Shown: piece after piece, positions 12,901 through 25,986 of the stretch
How the letters are laid out: every line of letters starts with the position of its first letter
Position numbering within the stretch: position 1 is the stretch's first letter
Assembly: GCA_043228905.1 (NCBI GenBank)
Contig: JBHGNT010000017.1
Span: forward strand, 17,670,001-17,734,000
DNA length: 64,000 bases
Source: Azolla caroliniana
Taxonomy: Eukaryota > Plantae > Polypodiophyta
Direction of reading: 5' to 3'
Notes under the pieces: generated by a model
Told to the model about the DNA's origin: nothing
Databases searched by the model: none
The model's input: only the letters and a program-made list of their open reading frames with translations
Position numbers and translations under genes: made by a program

Positions 12901-14112
12901 TTTGTCCTTCCGATGTGTTGGTCTTTGGTTGAATGTGGTTTTCTTCGACCAATAGCATTGATTGGAGGTTGAAGAACGAGGGAGGGGTATCTCTCGCCAA
13001 GATTGCCGTTCTCAACGGGTTGAATCATTGTGCGAGGCCGCCCAAGCATACTTGCACCATCTCGTCCTCGTCGATGTTGACGTTGACAGAGCCAAGAGAG
13101 TCGCAAATGCTCTTGATCTTGGCGGTGTAGTCCGTCACGGACATTTCTTTTTGTCGCATGTTGTTCAACTCTTGCCGGAGTTGAAGCTTGCGCGCGGATA
13201 TGTCCGCGGCGAAAATCTTCTTGAGATTTTCCCACGCCTCTTTGGGCGTCTTGGCGTCACGAATGTGGCTAAGCATGTGGTCGTTTACACATGTTGCCAA
13301 GCAATACATTACCCGACTCGTGCCTTGCTCCCACGTTGGGTAGTTGGCGTGTGTGGTTTCGGGTTTGTTTTCTTGTGCGTCGTTGATGTAACTCCAATAC
13401 CCTTGGCCGACAAGGTATTGATTCATCTTGTACTCCCAAGATGAATAGTTGCTTCGGTCTAGCTTTTCGCTAGGGAGCGAGCTTCCCATTTGTTTTTTCA
13501 TGTTGATTGTTGTGTCTTCCGTTTTGTTTTTCTTCTCTTGGTCGCGTACGCATCCTTCGTAGCGGTACTACGGTAGCGGATAGCGAATAGCCGGGATTTG
13601 TCGTCGGTGTCTCGAACACACAATCACGAATAAGCGGTGGGCTTAGTGGATTTCTTAAACCACGCGCTCTAATACCATGTTAAGTAATTAGGTAATTAAC
13701 TAGGGTTAATTAGAGACTAATTATATGGTTACGTTAAGCAGCGGAAGATTAGTATGATATGCGCGTCAGAGTGTGTGAGAGGAAGAGAGAGAGAGGAAGT
13801 TACACTTAAACACCAAGATAAATGGGGGATGATTGACTATATTGAAAAGTGTCATCAACTACAAAAATACCCACAATGAGGTATATATACAACCCATGTG
13901 CAAAGGTGCACATGTGTGGGTAGAACATAGGTACTTATGTGTAAGTCCTACATTAAATGTACTAAGGAGTGGAGGATCTAGAATATCCCACTTAAGTACA
14001 AGGTCCTATTTAAGGCTTAAGGTCAACACATTAACTAGATTCGATCTAGGTAACTACTAAGTTACATGTGTTGACTAACTAGATTAAACTAGTTGAGCTT
14101 GATATCTCAACA
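9978..14112 (-). mobile_element. Non-autonomous Ty1/Copia element (gag-protease-integrase, no RT/RNaseH), copy 1
   Basis: LTRs 9978-10414 and 13678-14112 appear identical except one GA unit; PBS tggtattagagc; PPT; Gag (KLDRSNYSSW), zinc knuckle, WFVDSG protease, LWHKRIGH, CEACQLGK, IHSDVWGP, LHSDGGKEY. Confidence 0.93.
10475..10780. repeat. GC-rich degenerate tandem repeat in place of RT-RNaseH, Copia copy 1
   Basis: Repeated gcgcggctttcttcgcg / cgttgcgcgg units; homologous to 36220-36440. Confidence 0.8.
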
Positions 14113-14979
14113 ATACAAATGCCTCTCGTAAGAATGATCTCATGGTGGCATCGTATCCATGTAATCAGGGAAGGATGTTGGATACGTGTGTCATAGGAGT
14201 GACCTCACATGAAGTGGGTCAAGCCCTATGTACTAAACATCATTATGGCTATTGGTGTTTCTTTACGTAACGGAATATCGAAGTCATCAACCGGGATTTC
14301 AACAATAAAAAATTGTTGAAAAAAGGGATGGTGACAACTCTATTCTCACAAAAATGTGAGGACAGCCACCAAAATCCTTTCCTCGAAAAGAAAAACATTA
14401 GATTTAAAATCACGTAATAACTTATATACACATATGTATATTATCACATATATACGATCAACTACGTATACACGTGACCACATATGCCTATATTAAACAA
14501 ATCGTTATATTTAATAGCCAAAAATGACGTAATCGAGATACGTAATCGAGGCATATACCTCTACACACACGAGAGAACCAAAAATAAGGGTTAATCATAA
14601 TACGCAATTGAGGTATTGACCTCTTACGCATACGAGACCAAACACATATCATTTACAACGAATCGAGGTATTGACCTCATACGCAAACGTAACATATGTT
14701 TGTGAACGTATTGACCTCATACACATATGTAAACGTTTTATACAACCAATGAATTACCACTACAACATCATTGAAATAATGAAAAAATCCTACATATTAA
14801 CCATACACATGATTAGATGGGAGAAGAAAAAATAGACAAAAAAAAACAAGAAAGATTACCGAAGTTCTTTTGTTGATCGTTGTCTGGATCAAGGCCGACC
14901 GCACATCGATCGATCACCATCAATCAACAAAACAAAAGACAACAAAAGAAACATTAGCACATTAGCTCTGATACCAACT

Positions 14980-15690
14980 GTTAGCCACCTCTTTTTTTAC
15001 TACAATTGTTTTGCTTAAGCTCTACTTTATTTTATTTTATTTTATTTTATTTTATTTTATTTTATTTTATTTTTACTTTCGATGAATGGGTAAATACCTC
15101 ATTTTTGTTGTAAACCAATTGTCTCATGGGCTAATTTTGATCTTAGAAGACGTTAATATATCTTTATCTCTCTTTCTTTTTATTGTAATTAGCTTACCCT
15201 AGTGGTAAATTGTTAACACTAAAAGCATTGCGTCTTGGTGTTGAAACCCAAATTTCTCACTTCTCTCTATTATATATTTCATATATATCTCTTAATTCAC
15301 TAGATTCCACTATGGAATGTGGGGTTGACTCCATGACCACCTAGTCTCCATTTTATTTTATTTTATTTTTACTTTTGATTATTGGGTAAATACCTCATTT
15401 TTTAGGTAAACCAATTGTCTCACTGGCCAATTTTTATTTTAGAAGAGTTAATATATCTTTATCTCTCTTTTTTTTCCTTGTACCCTAGTGGTAAGTTGTT
15501 AACACTACAAGCACTGCGTCTTGGGTTTGAAACCCAATTTTCTCACTACTCTCTATTATATATTTTATATATATCTCTTAATTCACTAGATGCCACTGTG
15601 GAATGTAGGGGTTGAACCTATGACCACCTGGTTTCCATTGGGCAACCTTACCAACAGAGCTACATAATTTAAAGGTTTGTACTCTAGATA
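14980..15690. repeat. Two ~296-bp tandem units of LINE 3' UTR plus degenerate tRNA/SINE-like A/B-box pieces
   Basis: gggtaaatacctc at 15088 and 15384; reverse strand 15597-15662 reads TAGCTCTGTTGGTAAG...GGTTCAACCC. Confidence 0.55.
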
Positions 15691-15692
15691 TC

Positions 15693-15695
<3 letters not shown>

Positions 15696-15775
<80 letters not shown>
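15696..15775. repeat. (TA)n(GA)n microsatellite
   Basis: Directly visible. Confidence 0.95.
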
Positions 15776-15955
15776 AGAAAGAAAGAAAGATGTATTAACG
15801 TCTTCTAAGGCCAAATTTGGCCCATGAGACAATTGGTTTACAACAATAGAGTATTTATCCAGTCATCATAACTAAAATAAAATTAAGTAAAAAAAAAAAG
15901 AACTTAAACTAAAAGAGTTCTAGTAGTGTACAATATGTAGTATACTCGAAAGTGA

Positions 15956-18900
15956 CTATACACTAAGCCTAATTTTATTTCCACCCAAGCCTCTCGAAAA
16001 GAAGTGGGGGTCAAAGGGTCTTGATGTGGGTTCCAATGTAGAGAGTGCCCTAGCCATGGCTTCTAGGCGGTGTAGCTCACGTTCCCTTATTTTCAATATT
16101 GCTTCCACATCACGTTGAGTTGCTTTGAAACCCGGCACCCGAGGACATCTGGTTCTTCTCTGGTTTTCTGCCTCATCAATGGAAAGGCCAAATGGTGCAA
16201 GTGTGTCGGCATTCGTTGTCTCCTCAGGTTCCTGAAAAACTGCATTTGTTACATGTTCGCGATCATTAGCAACATTATTGTCAACATTTTGTAATTTATT
16301 CTCTCTGTGTTGTTTTAGCTCTAGAATGTATTTGCCTAATTTCTTTATATCTAGAGTATCTAATAGTTTGGGGAGGGTGGGAGACGGACCAAGTATGTCT
16401 TGGTATTTTGCCCTTATCTCGGCATAGGTTGGACACTTGCATGTAAAGTGGTACTCATCCTCTATCTCTATGTGACATAACCTACATATCCTTTCCTCCC
16501 TAGGGACTCCACTAGTACGGCCATTTTCAATCTCAAGTTGGTGAGATGATATTCTAAGTTGTCCAATGGCAACCCTTAGTGCATGTGGTAAGAATACATC
16601 TAGATATTTTGGCCGCGTGATAAAACCTAACTCAGAGAAGTGCATGAAGGGTTTCTTATAGTATGACATTTTAGATGGGAGTGGCTCTAGTGGGGTGATC
16701 CATTTACACCGAGTGTAAATTTGCCATATTTCTTGGCGTATTACTTTATTGCGGTTCTCATGAGAGATTAAGGTGTTATCACTCGTGTGGTTGTACCTAA
16801 GGGGAGGTAGGTTATTAATGTCTAGACCATTCGCAAGAAGCCAAGTCACCATCATGCCATACCATGAGCTAGTATAGCCGGACTCATACAATGATCGAGA
16901 GGCCTTAAAGGCTTGATGAGATATTCTATCATGTGGTTGGCTATGTATCCTATCAATAAAGACTACAAGTTGAAAAAGTGCCTCTACTAGCATTGGGGGT
17001 AACGTGAACTCGGCCCTAATAATGTCATGTGGTACAGTCGATTTGCTTCGGAGTTGGCGTGATAGCATCATCACCAATGGTCTCTCTAATTGCGTCCACA
17101 TGAAGGATGGTAATCCTGGAGCCCAAACCGTTGATGCATACATGAGGGAGGGGGTCACTAATGAGTCAAAGAGCCACCCTTTAGTCCGTGGCTCTTGAAA
17201 GTGTGCTTGGTGGCATTGTCTCTCTAGGAGTGAGAGGGATGCATGTCCTCTCGTGAGTCTATCCTTCGCTGCCTGTGTCATCGAAAATTTACCTGAGCGG
17301 GCACTAAAAGTGACTCCGAGATAGACATACGATCCAACCACCTCGACTGGGCTATGGGAGATAGTTAGGTGACACTTAGCTCTAACTTGGGCCGATGTGT
17401 GGAAGATAAGGACTTTCGTTTTCCCTAGATTCACTACCAATCCTCGTTGTACACAAAAGTCATCTAAGGCATTAAGGTGCCTCTGTAGGTCGTGTTCGGA
17501 TTCAAAGAGCAAAATTATGTCATCCGCATAGAGCAAGATACGAACCTGCGTATCCCCAAGGACCACTCCGGTGCCTCCCTCACGAGCAATAAAATCTGTG
17601 ATCTCATCAATGTAGATCCCAAGCGTTTGTGATAGGGGGCAACCTTGTTTTACACCAATAGTGCTAGTGAAACGATTGGATAGGCCACCTGGGCATCGGA
17701 CACACCCGAACACTTGTTCATATAGTGCGTAGATGGCCCATACCATATCATCTGGTATCCTCAAGCTTTTAAGTCTATCAGACAACCGATCTCTAGGGAT
17801 TGTGTCAAAGGCTTTGCGGAAGTCCACAAAACAACAATATAATCTCTTCTTGCGAGCCCTAGTTTGGTCAATTAGGCATCTAAGTGTGAAGATGTGATCA
17901 ATAGTGGAGAAGGCTCGTCTAAAGCCAGCTTGTTCAGGTGCACGAAGGTTTAGGGTCTCCATGTAGTCGCTAAGCTCTGCTTCCATTACTGCACCATATA
18001 ACTTAGCAAGGGTATGGCCTATCATAATGGTCCTATATGTATTTGGGTCCATGGGGTCCACCCCTTTATGTATGGGGGTCACTGTATTCATAGTCCACTG
18101 TGGTGGAAAACCCTCTGCAAGGGCACGATTGAAGATTAGAGTTAGCAAGGGAGCTAGGCACTCTCTCGCATATATAATGTGTTCTGCTCGTAATCCTGTG
18201 TGGTCCATGGACTTCCTATTTTGTAATTTCTTTATGACCTTCATGACCCTAGAGGTCGTGAAAAGTGTCCCCGTGGTAGGCCGGGGTATGGAAGGCATTG
18301 GAAAAGGTGGTTGGTTTGGGATTTGGTAAAGTCTCTCTGTATATGTGTGCCAAGTTTCGGGATCTTCGATGGGTGTTTGTGGTCTTGGCTCCCGTAGTCT
18401 CTTCCATGCCGTGGCGCAATCGCTACTCATGAGCATATGGTAGAGTTCCCAGTATTGGGATGCCTCCCACGCTCGTCTCTTACGACGTGTCATCTTACGC
18501 ATTTCTTTGCGAGCTTGTATGGAGGTAATACTACCATTGAGTTGCGATACTGTAAGTTGTCTATGTAGGTCCCTACAATCCTCGTCATACCATTTATTTT
18601 GTGGCATTGATCCTGATCTACCTTGATTTGAGTGTTTTGTATATGGGAAACTGCTAGCTGCTACGGAGTGAAGGATGTGTGTGAGTTTTGTACTAAGGCT
18701 TTCTAACGGTAGAGAGGGATCAATGGAGGGGAGATGGGCCTGAACATGTTGAGAGTATATGTCAGAGAGCTCATGTGTGAAATGTATTGTGGTGTGATGG
18801 CATGGTTGACTAGACTTGGTGACCTTAGAGATATCACATTTTAGCTCGAAGTATAAGAAACTATGGGTTGCGCCAATAGGGCATGGGGCCACTCGGAAGG

Positions 18901-19670
18901 AGTTAATCATGTGGGTAGCTTCCGGGCGCCCTATTAGATAGTCAACTGTTCTTTCCTCCTCCATGTGGGAAACATGTGAGCTCTTCCGAGCCCGGCCACT
19001 TAGCTAAACCATTATATATGACCATCTGGTGCCGACTGCCAAGTTCGAGCAGATGATGGCCAAAGCTCGTGGCGTCCGCACCTTGATCCTTTGATCTACG
19101 TGTGGTGCCTATGTCTAAAGGATCAACATTTACCATTTCTAGGTTTCTATTCATCTGAAATACTGTGCATTGTCGGGATTGGGTTCTCGCATTGAAGTCT
19201 CCTACAAGAAATACTTCTCCTTGGGAAGAATATCGGATTATGTCATCCGATAGGGGTTCGTATGGAGAAGGCCCATGTGGCATTCCTGCATCGACTAATC
19301 TCGTCAAGCCACTAATATTATAACGGGATCCTTTTGGGGGAAAGTAACAAATGGCGAAAATTACTGCATGGTCTTTGCTTGTGGAGACTTTCACCCACAT
19401 AAAACAAGCTTCTGGGTCTATCTTCATTATTTCTATCCTATTATGTAGCTCTCTACGAAATAGTATCGCGACACCTCCAGATCCCCTAGTAGTGTGTCGA
19501 CGTGAGGTTTGTCTAAAATCGGACTCCCAACGGAATCCTTCGACCCGTGGAAGTCCTCTATTTGGGCTCTGATGTGTTTCTACCAAGAAAAGTATATCAG
19601 ATACCTTTAGTATCTCCTCTAGGTGGCCGGGGTGTGCCCAGAGTGCGCCATTACAATTCCATAGGGTCAT
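15956..19670 (-). pseudogene. LINE ORF2 (AP endonuclease + reverse transcriptase + C-terminal zinc finger), one frameshift near 18950
   Basis: TLWNCNG, LVETH, GSGGVAI, VGDFNART, TVDY (APE); QAGFR, FVDFRKAFD, GVKQGCPLS, LLYADD, YLGV (RT); CRLC..HFTCKC. Confidence 0.9.
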
Positions 19671-19706
19671 CCTAAGTGCATTTTCTGTCACATGGGCCAC
19701 ACGCCG

Positions 19707-20519
19707 TCAGTTAGTAGTGCGATCATTTATGATCACTCGCCCGTCTCGGTAAAAGGCGCGATGGCCTTCTTTACGAGCTTGCATAACTCGTGGCATACAA
19801 CTCTTGCGATGCTCAATTTGCATCTTAGTGAGGTCTTCATCGAGATAGATGGGGTCCCCATCCATTCCTCGAAGGATTGGTCTCTTCTTAAAGAAAGTGA
19901 TTCTAGAGTCTAAGTCTTTAAATTGAAGGACTAAGGCTCTCTTCCTAGTTGTGTCACGCCCGGCCCTCCATGCTTTGGTGATAGGTAGGGCCTCTGTGTA
20001 CCCTAACATTTTCCCAAGTGTTTGTGTGTCCTCATTTGGGGATGCACCTTCCTTGAGCCCAGTGACACGTACATTTAAGCGTCGGGCCTGACACATTTTC
20101 TCTTCTTCAAGGGTGGTATTAACAATATTTTCATCTTTTATTTCTTTTTTAATGTTTCTTTTAACCACATCTACCCAACCCGTTTTAGCTAACTCTATGT
20201 TATTATTAACTTCCTCTTTAACTTTTTTAATTTCGTCCTTTATATCCTCTATAGAGGATATTTCACCGTCTTCTCGAGATACCTCGATGTCCTTAAGTTG
20301 TTTTTTAAGGTCGATGTTTTCTACTTTAAGTTGTTCTATTTCGGCCTTGAGGGCGTCTTTTTCCTCTCTATCTTTTTTCTTGTGGGTTTCGGTGTCTTTC
20401 ACCCATTTTTTCATATCCATCTCTATTTTTGTTAAACGATTAAACATATCTAAAAAGTCCTCCTTACTTATAGCCTCGTCTTGTATATCCTTAAGTTCCT
20501 TAGTCCGTCTAGACGTCAT
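19707..20519 (-). CDS. LINE ORF1 (coiled coil + RRLNVRVTGL motif), ~270 aa from the first likely ATG
   Basis: Open frame with heptad-rich N-terminal half; RRxNxxxxGL and IYLDEDLT motifs typical of LINE ORF1. Confidence 0.8.
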   Translation of the reverse strand: MTSRRTKELKDIQDEAISKEDFLDMFNRLTKIEMDMKKWVKDTETHKKKDREEKDALKAEIEQLKVENIDLKKQLKDIEVSREDGEISSIEDIKDEIKKVKEEVNNNIELAKTGWVDVVKRNIKKEIKDENIVNTTLEEEKMCQARRLNVRVTGLKEGASPNEDTQTLGKMLGYTEALPITKAWRAGRDTTRKRALVLQFKDLDSRITFFKKRPILRGMDGDPIYLDEDLTKMQIEHRKSCMPRVMQARKEGHRAFYRDGRVIINDRTTN

Positions 20520-23500
20520 TGTGGTGTCAATAAGAAAAAAAAGGTAAAATAAATGGGTTCGAGACTTAGCCGAGTTTGTGTGTGTGTCGCAATCACATCG
20601 GCATTTTGTAGCACGTGACGAGCACACCAAAAGAACCCAACCACGAACTAGTCGAGAAAAAGGCACTTCACCACATCAAGAGAAAACGGAGAAGAAAACA
20701 CCCCGTGACGGCGACGGTGATGGTGGCAGTCGTCAAACGACGGTAGACGACGGCAGCAGACGGCAAACGGCGGCAACAGACGGCAGACGGCGGCAGCAGA
20801 CGGCAGAAGACGGTAGACGACTGCAGACTGTAGAAGGCGGCTGCAAACGGTGGCAGACGACGACGGCCGCAGATAACGGCAGCGACGGCGACGGCGACGA
20901 CACTAGCCGGCGACAGAGAGAGACGAGGAAGCGAGCGAGAGAGAGAGAGAGAGCAGACGGCGACGGTTGCAACAGCTGCAGACGACGGCGACGATAGCGA
21001 CAGCAACGCAACGGTAGAGAGAGCCGTTAGAGCAAGAGAGAGAGAGAGAGCGAGACTCAGAAGAGGGGTCGGGTCAACATCAACATCAACAAACTTGAGA
21101 ACAAGAGAGAAAACTAATAGAAATGTGCAAGGTCAACTTTAAATGTATGACAATTTTAATGGCATCTTTACCAAATTAAGCTCTTTTGAGGAAATTATCA
21201 CCAAGGTATTTTCCTCAAAGTTGATAAAAAAGATCAAATATTGATTTAGTGACGATAATGATACAAACTCCACTCCCTCAAAGTTGATAAAGAAGATCTT
21301 ATTTTGATTTAGCGAAGTTAAGGATTTCAACTTCACTGCCTAGAAGTTGATAAGAAAATATCATATTTTAATTTAGTGAAGTTAATGATGTCAACTTCAT
21401 GAATACAACTAAGAGCATACATAATTGTGTTCATTGAACCTTTACATTAACAAATGAAAAAAATTAAACCCTTGGATGGCATCATGACATAGCCCATCGA
21501 CCTTTATGAACCAAGAAGATAATGTTGATCACAAAAATATTTTAAAAATTGGTAATCAGTTGTGACCACAACCAATTTCCACATAAATAGTGCCTCTAAG
21601 TTTTAAACACATAGATGGCTGCATTATTTTCCCCTTTAAACGAATACTGACATTGAGAATAGTCAAGTTTCATGCTTTCTACATCTTGGCAAAGAAGAGT
21701 GATGTTGATTGCATAATCATTCATGTCAATTTAAACCTCAAAAGCTTTGGAAGGTTCAAGTAATATGAGAGTTGGAGCAATGCAAACATGTTCCTTGACG
21801 ATTAATAAACTTAGGCTTTCCACCTTTTAAAAAATCAATAAATGGTGTTGTCAATGGTGAAAATTTAGGAATTGACTTTCACAACAACGAACAAAACCAA
21901 GAAATGAAAGAAGCTCTCAAATAGTATGAGTAATATCCCAGAATCACACTTCTTTGTTTGAAAAAGGATCAATTTAAACACCCTAGTCGCTAATTAAATG
22001 TCCTAAGTAGTTGGATCTTTTGAATTAAATCACATTTCAACATTCTCATGTAGAAATCTTGGTCTCACAATGTAGGGATTAAAAAATGAACATGAGAGCA
22101 CAATGCTCATTCAAAGTATTGTTATAAATGAGAATATCACCTAAGAAAATGGTGAACACATGACCAAGTTAACCTAGAAAAGTGTCATTCATTTATTGTT
22201 GAAAAGTCGTTGTAGCACTAGAGATGATGCCAAATGGCATGATTAAAAATTCACAATGGCCACAATGTGTACTAAATGTGGGTTTAGGAATTTCATTCTT
22301 AGTAATATTTATTTGATGGTAGCCACTTCATAGTTCAATGTTGGTAAAGAATCGAGCAATATTGTGATGTTGCCAATGGCACACGATGCGAATTCATCTC
22401 CAAATGACAGATTTTGTCTATTTTAAAATACTACTCCACAATATCTGAAAAGGTTTTAAACTTGTGACCTCTACTATAACAACATATGCGCCTAACACGA
22501 TAATAGCTTACTTAATATTATCTAATATCAAAACAAAAAGCTATTATAAATATAATATGCACAAAACCATGGTTTTTGCACATGAATGACCCTTGCAAGT
22601 TTTCCATACATAGAAACTATGGAAAGTACATTGAATTTATTAAAGATCCCATTAGAGGAGAGACATTGTATAAATGTGTGGTTTGAATGTAATAGGGGAG
22701 ATAAGTTTGAAAAGGATTTTCTTTTTTCTATCATCAATCATGTCTTTGGTGAATCTATGTGAGAAATTTCCAGTTGTCCAATGACTTGGGCCCACCTAGT
22801 GGATAGAGCCCCTCCAGTTGTCTGCGTACATGACACAATGATCACGACATCGTGCAAATTATCAAAGCAGATGGTGATGGATACAAATTTTTTATAATCA
22901 CTTTATTCAAAGGTCAATAACTAACACATGTTTGTTTTGTTCCCTCTTTTGTCACAACTAAAATAACTATGACCGATACTTACGGAACATTTAATCTGAC
23001 GAATGTGACCTATCCTTAAGTAATCCACAAGTAGTGTTGCAATCTCATCTTGTTCAAGCTAACTTAGTCAATATGGTGGAATTCTCATAGAAACAAAAAC
23101 TAGTATTAAAATCTATTTGATGGTCGACATTGTGCATAGGTGGTAGTTCCTAAGGAAAAACATCGTTGAGGTCGTTAATGTTTGAATCATGTACTCTTTG
23201 TTTATGAAAGGCATTTGATTCACATTAACATTATAATGATAATATTGAAGCACAAGACTCATTAATAATTGAAAGAACATAAATATACTAATATGGAAGA
23301 GACGAGTGATTTTGAAGGATTTATTGTACATTGAATAAAATGTGTAACACTAAATAGTGTGAATGTGATCAAATGGTTAATCAAATTGATGTACAATTTT
23401 TTATTATAAACCAAGGATAATCCAATCAACGGATCTTAGTTTCATCACATTAAAGTCATGCTTTTCTACATAGGAACCTATGCAAATAAGCAATTTCACT

Positions 23501-25986
23501 TATCTCATGATAGTTAAAATCATTGTTTTCTACACTAGAAGATAACAGTGTGAGGTTAATCGAGAATGTAAAGAAGGGAGGATTACTTTTAAATTTAGGG
23601 ATTGAGATGACCCTTTGAGGCCAAGTGTGAACTTGCTTGGGAGTTGTGAGTCTAGTTACTATAAATATGAAGCTTAGCTATCTACATTTGACACATTATT
23701 CAACCACATCGATATTATGATATTGTGGTGATGATCAGACAATTGTGGAGAGTGCATGCCAATACTAGGTATGACTTGAAGCCATAATGGTGGTATGGAC
23801 GCCGCTCAAGGCTCGGGGATCAACACCCTTCTCTCTCTCTCTCTCTCTCTCTCATCTTGTCCATTTCCTTATTTATATGAAGTGTAACTACGAGTGTGTG
23901 TGCATAAATGTTCAAATGTTTGTTGTATCTTTTTGCTTATGCGCATGCATGTGTTCGACTTTAAGTATTTACAAAGTCATGATAATGTGAAAATACTTTA
24001 TTTGTATATAGGTATGTATGTGTAAGTTTAAGGGTTTTGAAGCGCTATACATATGTGCAGGTGTATATGTATTGTTTAGACATAGGTGTGTATTTGTAAG
24101 TGTTTGTGTTTTTATCTCGCGTGTGTGTTATGAATGTGTTTAAGTGTATGGATAGGTTTAGTTTGGTGAGGAAAATGGATAGACTTGGAGATGGCTTTAA
24201 ACATATATTTTAAACTTTTCTTGGAAGGGAAGGGTATTCTGGGGATTGTGAAATTTCCTTCCTTTTCCCCGTGACACACAATATAGGGAGTGAATGAATA
24301 TGAAACCTAGGCTCGAGGGTCTAAACCTACTTTTGAGGCTGAAATTGTGGCTTAGCACACAAGAACTACTACATTGTGGATTGTCATGCATGAATCCATG
24401 TTTGATCATGAATCTCATAGAATAAATTAAAATCTTTCTTTCAATACATAAAACTCAATATGTAAGGGAAAAGCTCCCAACAATCAACAATGATCTCTCA
24501 AAGGCTTGATGACATGATACAATTAAGTTCTTTACAACAATCAATAGTGTGACATGGCGTAGGAGAGGGAAAGATTAACGAAAGAAAAATATGGAAGGGC
24601 ATTCTTGAATCTCTACTTGATGACACCTTGGTCAACAAAGCTCTTTTCCTCCTCGACAAACATTTAAACTTTCCTAAATTAGTGGCATGCTTATATCTTG
24701 TGCATTATAGACCACCTTTCCTCTTCAATTGCCCCTGGTGAGATTTCACCTAATTGTTTAAGTGGTTAGCTCTTGCTTGATTCTCGACCCTCTATCTCCT
24801 TCCAATTATGTCTTCAACCATATAACCTTAATATATCATAAACACGACACTTAGGCATTTTTCTCCCTCCACACATGCCACATTACGATACTATCCTATC
24901 TAACCAGTCTCAATGTTACCTAAACTTCCATTTGTAAAGATTTAGTACACACCATGTATAGAGAAGGATGCGATCGTATGAAATTCAACACAACTACTAA
25001 GCTATGATGAAATGATGAACTACCAGAGACGCTTGAAACTTCATAGTTCTTTTGGAATTCACCACATTCCACTAATTTGTCTTAAATTTCAAAGTTTCCT
25101 AGTTTGATATTTGTCTTTTGAATAAAGAATGGCACAATTCTTATCCAAGATTGTAGACCTCAAAACATACATTTATACAAAAAACCTTCCATGCCACCAT
25201 ATGACCATACCAATCCAATAAGCCCCACTAGATAAGCCCATACCAATCCAATAAGCCCCGCTAAATAAGCCCATAATCATGTAGGATGCATTCTGGCGCT
25301 TCAATAAACTCCCAACTTCTTAGAGATCGAGCCTCAACTATATCTGCCACCTCTTTGACCCTCAAACCAAGCAATCAATTAAACGGAGAGTGAAATCTTT
25401 CCTTTTCTAGGCCAACATAATAACCGAGAAGACACAAGTAACTCTTTCTCTCTATACTGCCAGTGGCTTGGTGGTTTACACTATAGCATCAAAAAGTCAT
25501 GAAATAGTGATAAAATTGAGAGAACCTGAGTTTGATTCTCGCCATGGGCTAGACCCCGTCTCATAGAGCAAAAACGTCAAACTCGCCATGAGCTATAGGC
25601 CCCGCGGGTCTCATAGAACAAAATTGGTCTTTGGTGGACATTAAAAGTCCATCCATCTAGATCTATAGATCTATCTGTCTGCCTTTCTGATCTATGTGTC
25701 TCTCTGGCTCTTGGGCATTACAAAGAGTTAAACACCCAAAGCAAAAGCAAGACAAAAGACTTCACATCACATGTTCAAAACTACTTGATACTTGACCATT
25801 CAAAACTGAAGCAGTCTACTTGACTAATGCATCATCTATATGTATTTATACCGAAAAAGACTGCAAAAATCACTGTCACTGTAGTAGATAGACACAGCTG
25901 ATCATGAGAGAAACATGCATGCACACAGGAAATATATTAAGGATGGGAAGGAGAAGAAGGAGAAGCAGAAGATTTCAGATTAGAGC

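Larger units (their letters stand above)
6196..14979 (-). mobile_element. Ty3/Gypsy chromovirus family A, internally deleted, hosting a nested Copia; 5' LTR lost
   Basis: 3' LTR 6196-6634, PPT (tactccccctc on +), INT ORF 6804-7646, gag ORFs 8277-9213 with CxxCxxxxHxxxxC knuckle, Met-i PBS (gctctgatacca on +) at 14965-14976. Confidence 0.85.
15776..21030 (-). mobile_element. Near full-length non-LTR retrotransposon (APE-RT-zinc finger LINE, RTEX-like)
   Basis: ORF1 and ORF2 in tandem, GC-rich 5' UTR (20700-21010), 3' UTR ending in (CTTT)n, flanked by (GA)n on both sides; clade assigned from motif recall only. Confidence 0.88.

Noticed and set aside
10892-13444. Long antisense ORFs over the Copia (also 34291-34944 and 35353-35946)
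   Set aside because: Shadow frames of GC-rich gag/pol with no recognisable domains
15597-15662. Functional tRNA gene (also 2243-2312 and 9655-9720)
   Set aside because: A/B-box-like motifs only; stems do not form a proper cloverleaf
21100-25400. AT-rich region with possible ancient TE remnants
   Set aside because: No ORF, terminal repeat or motif I can assign with confidence
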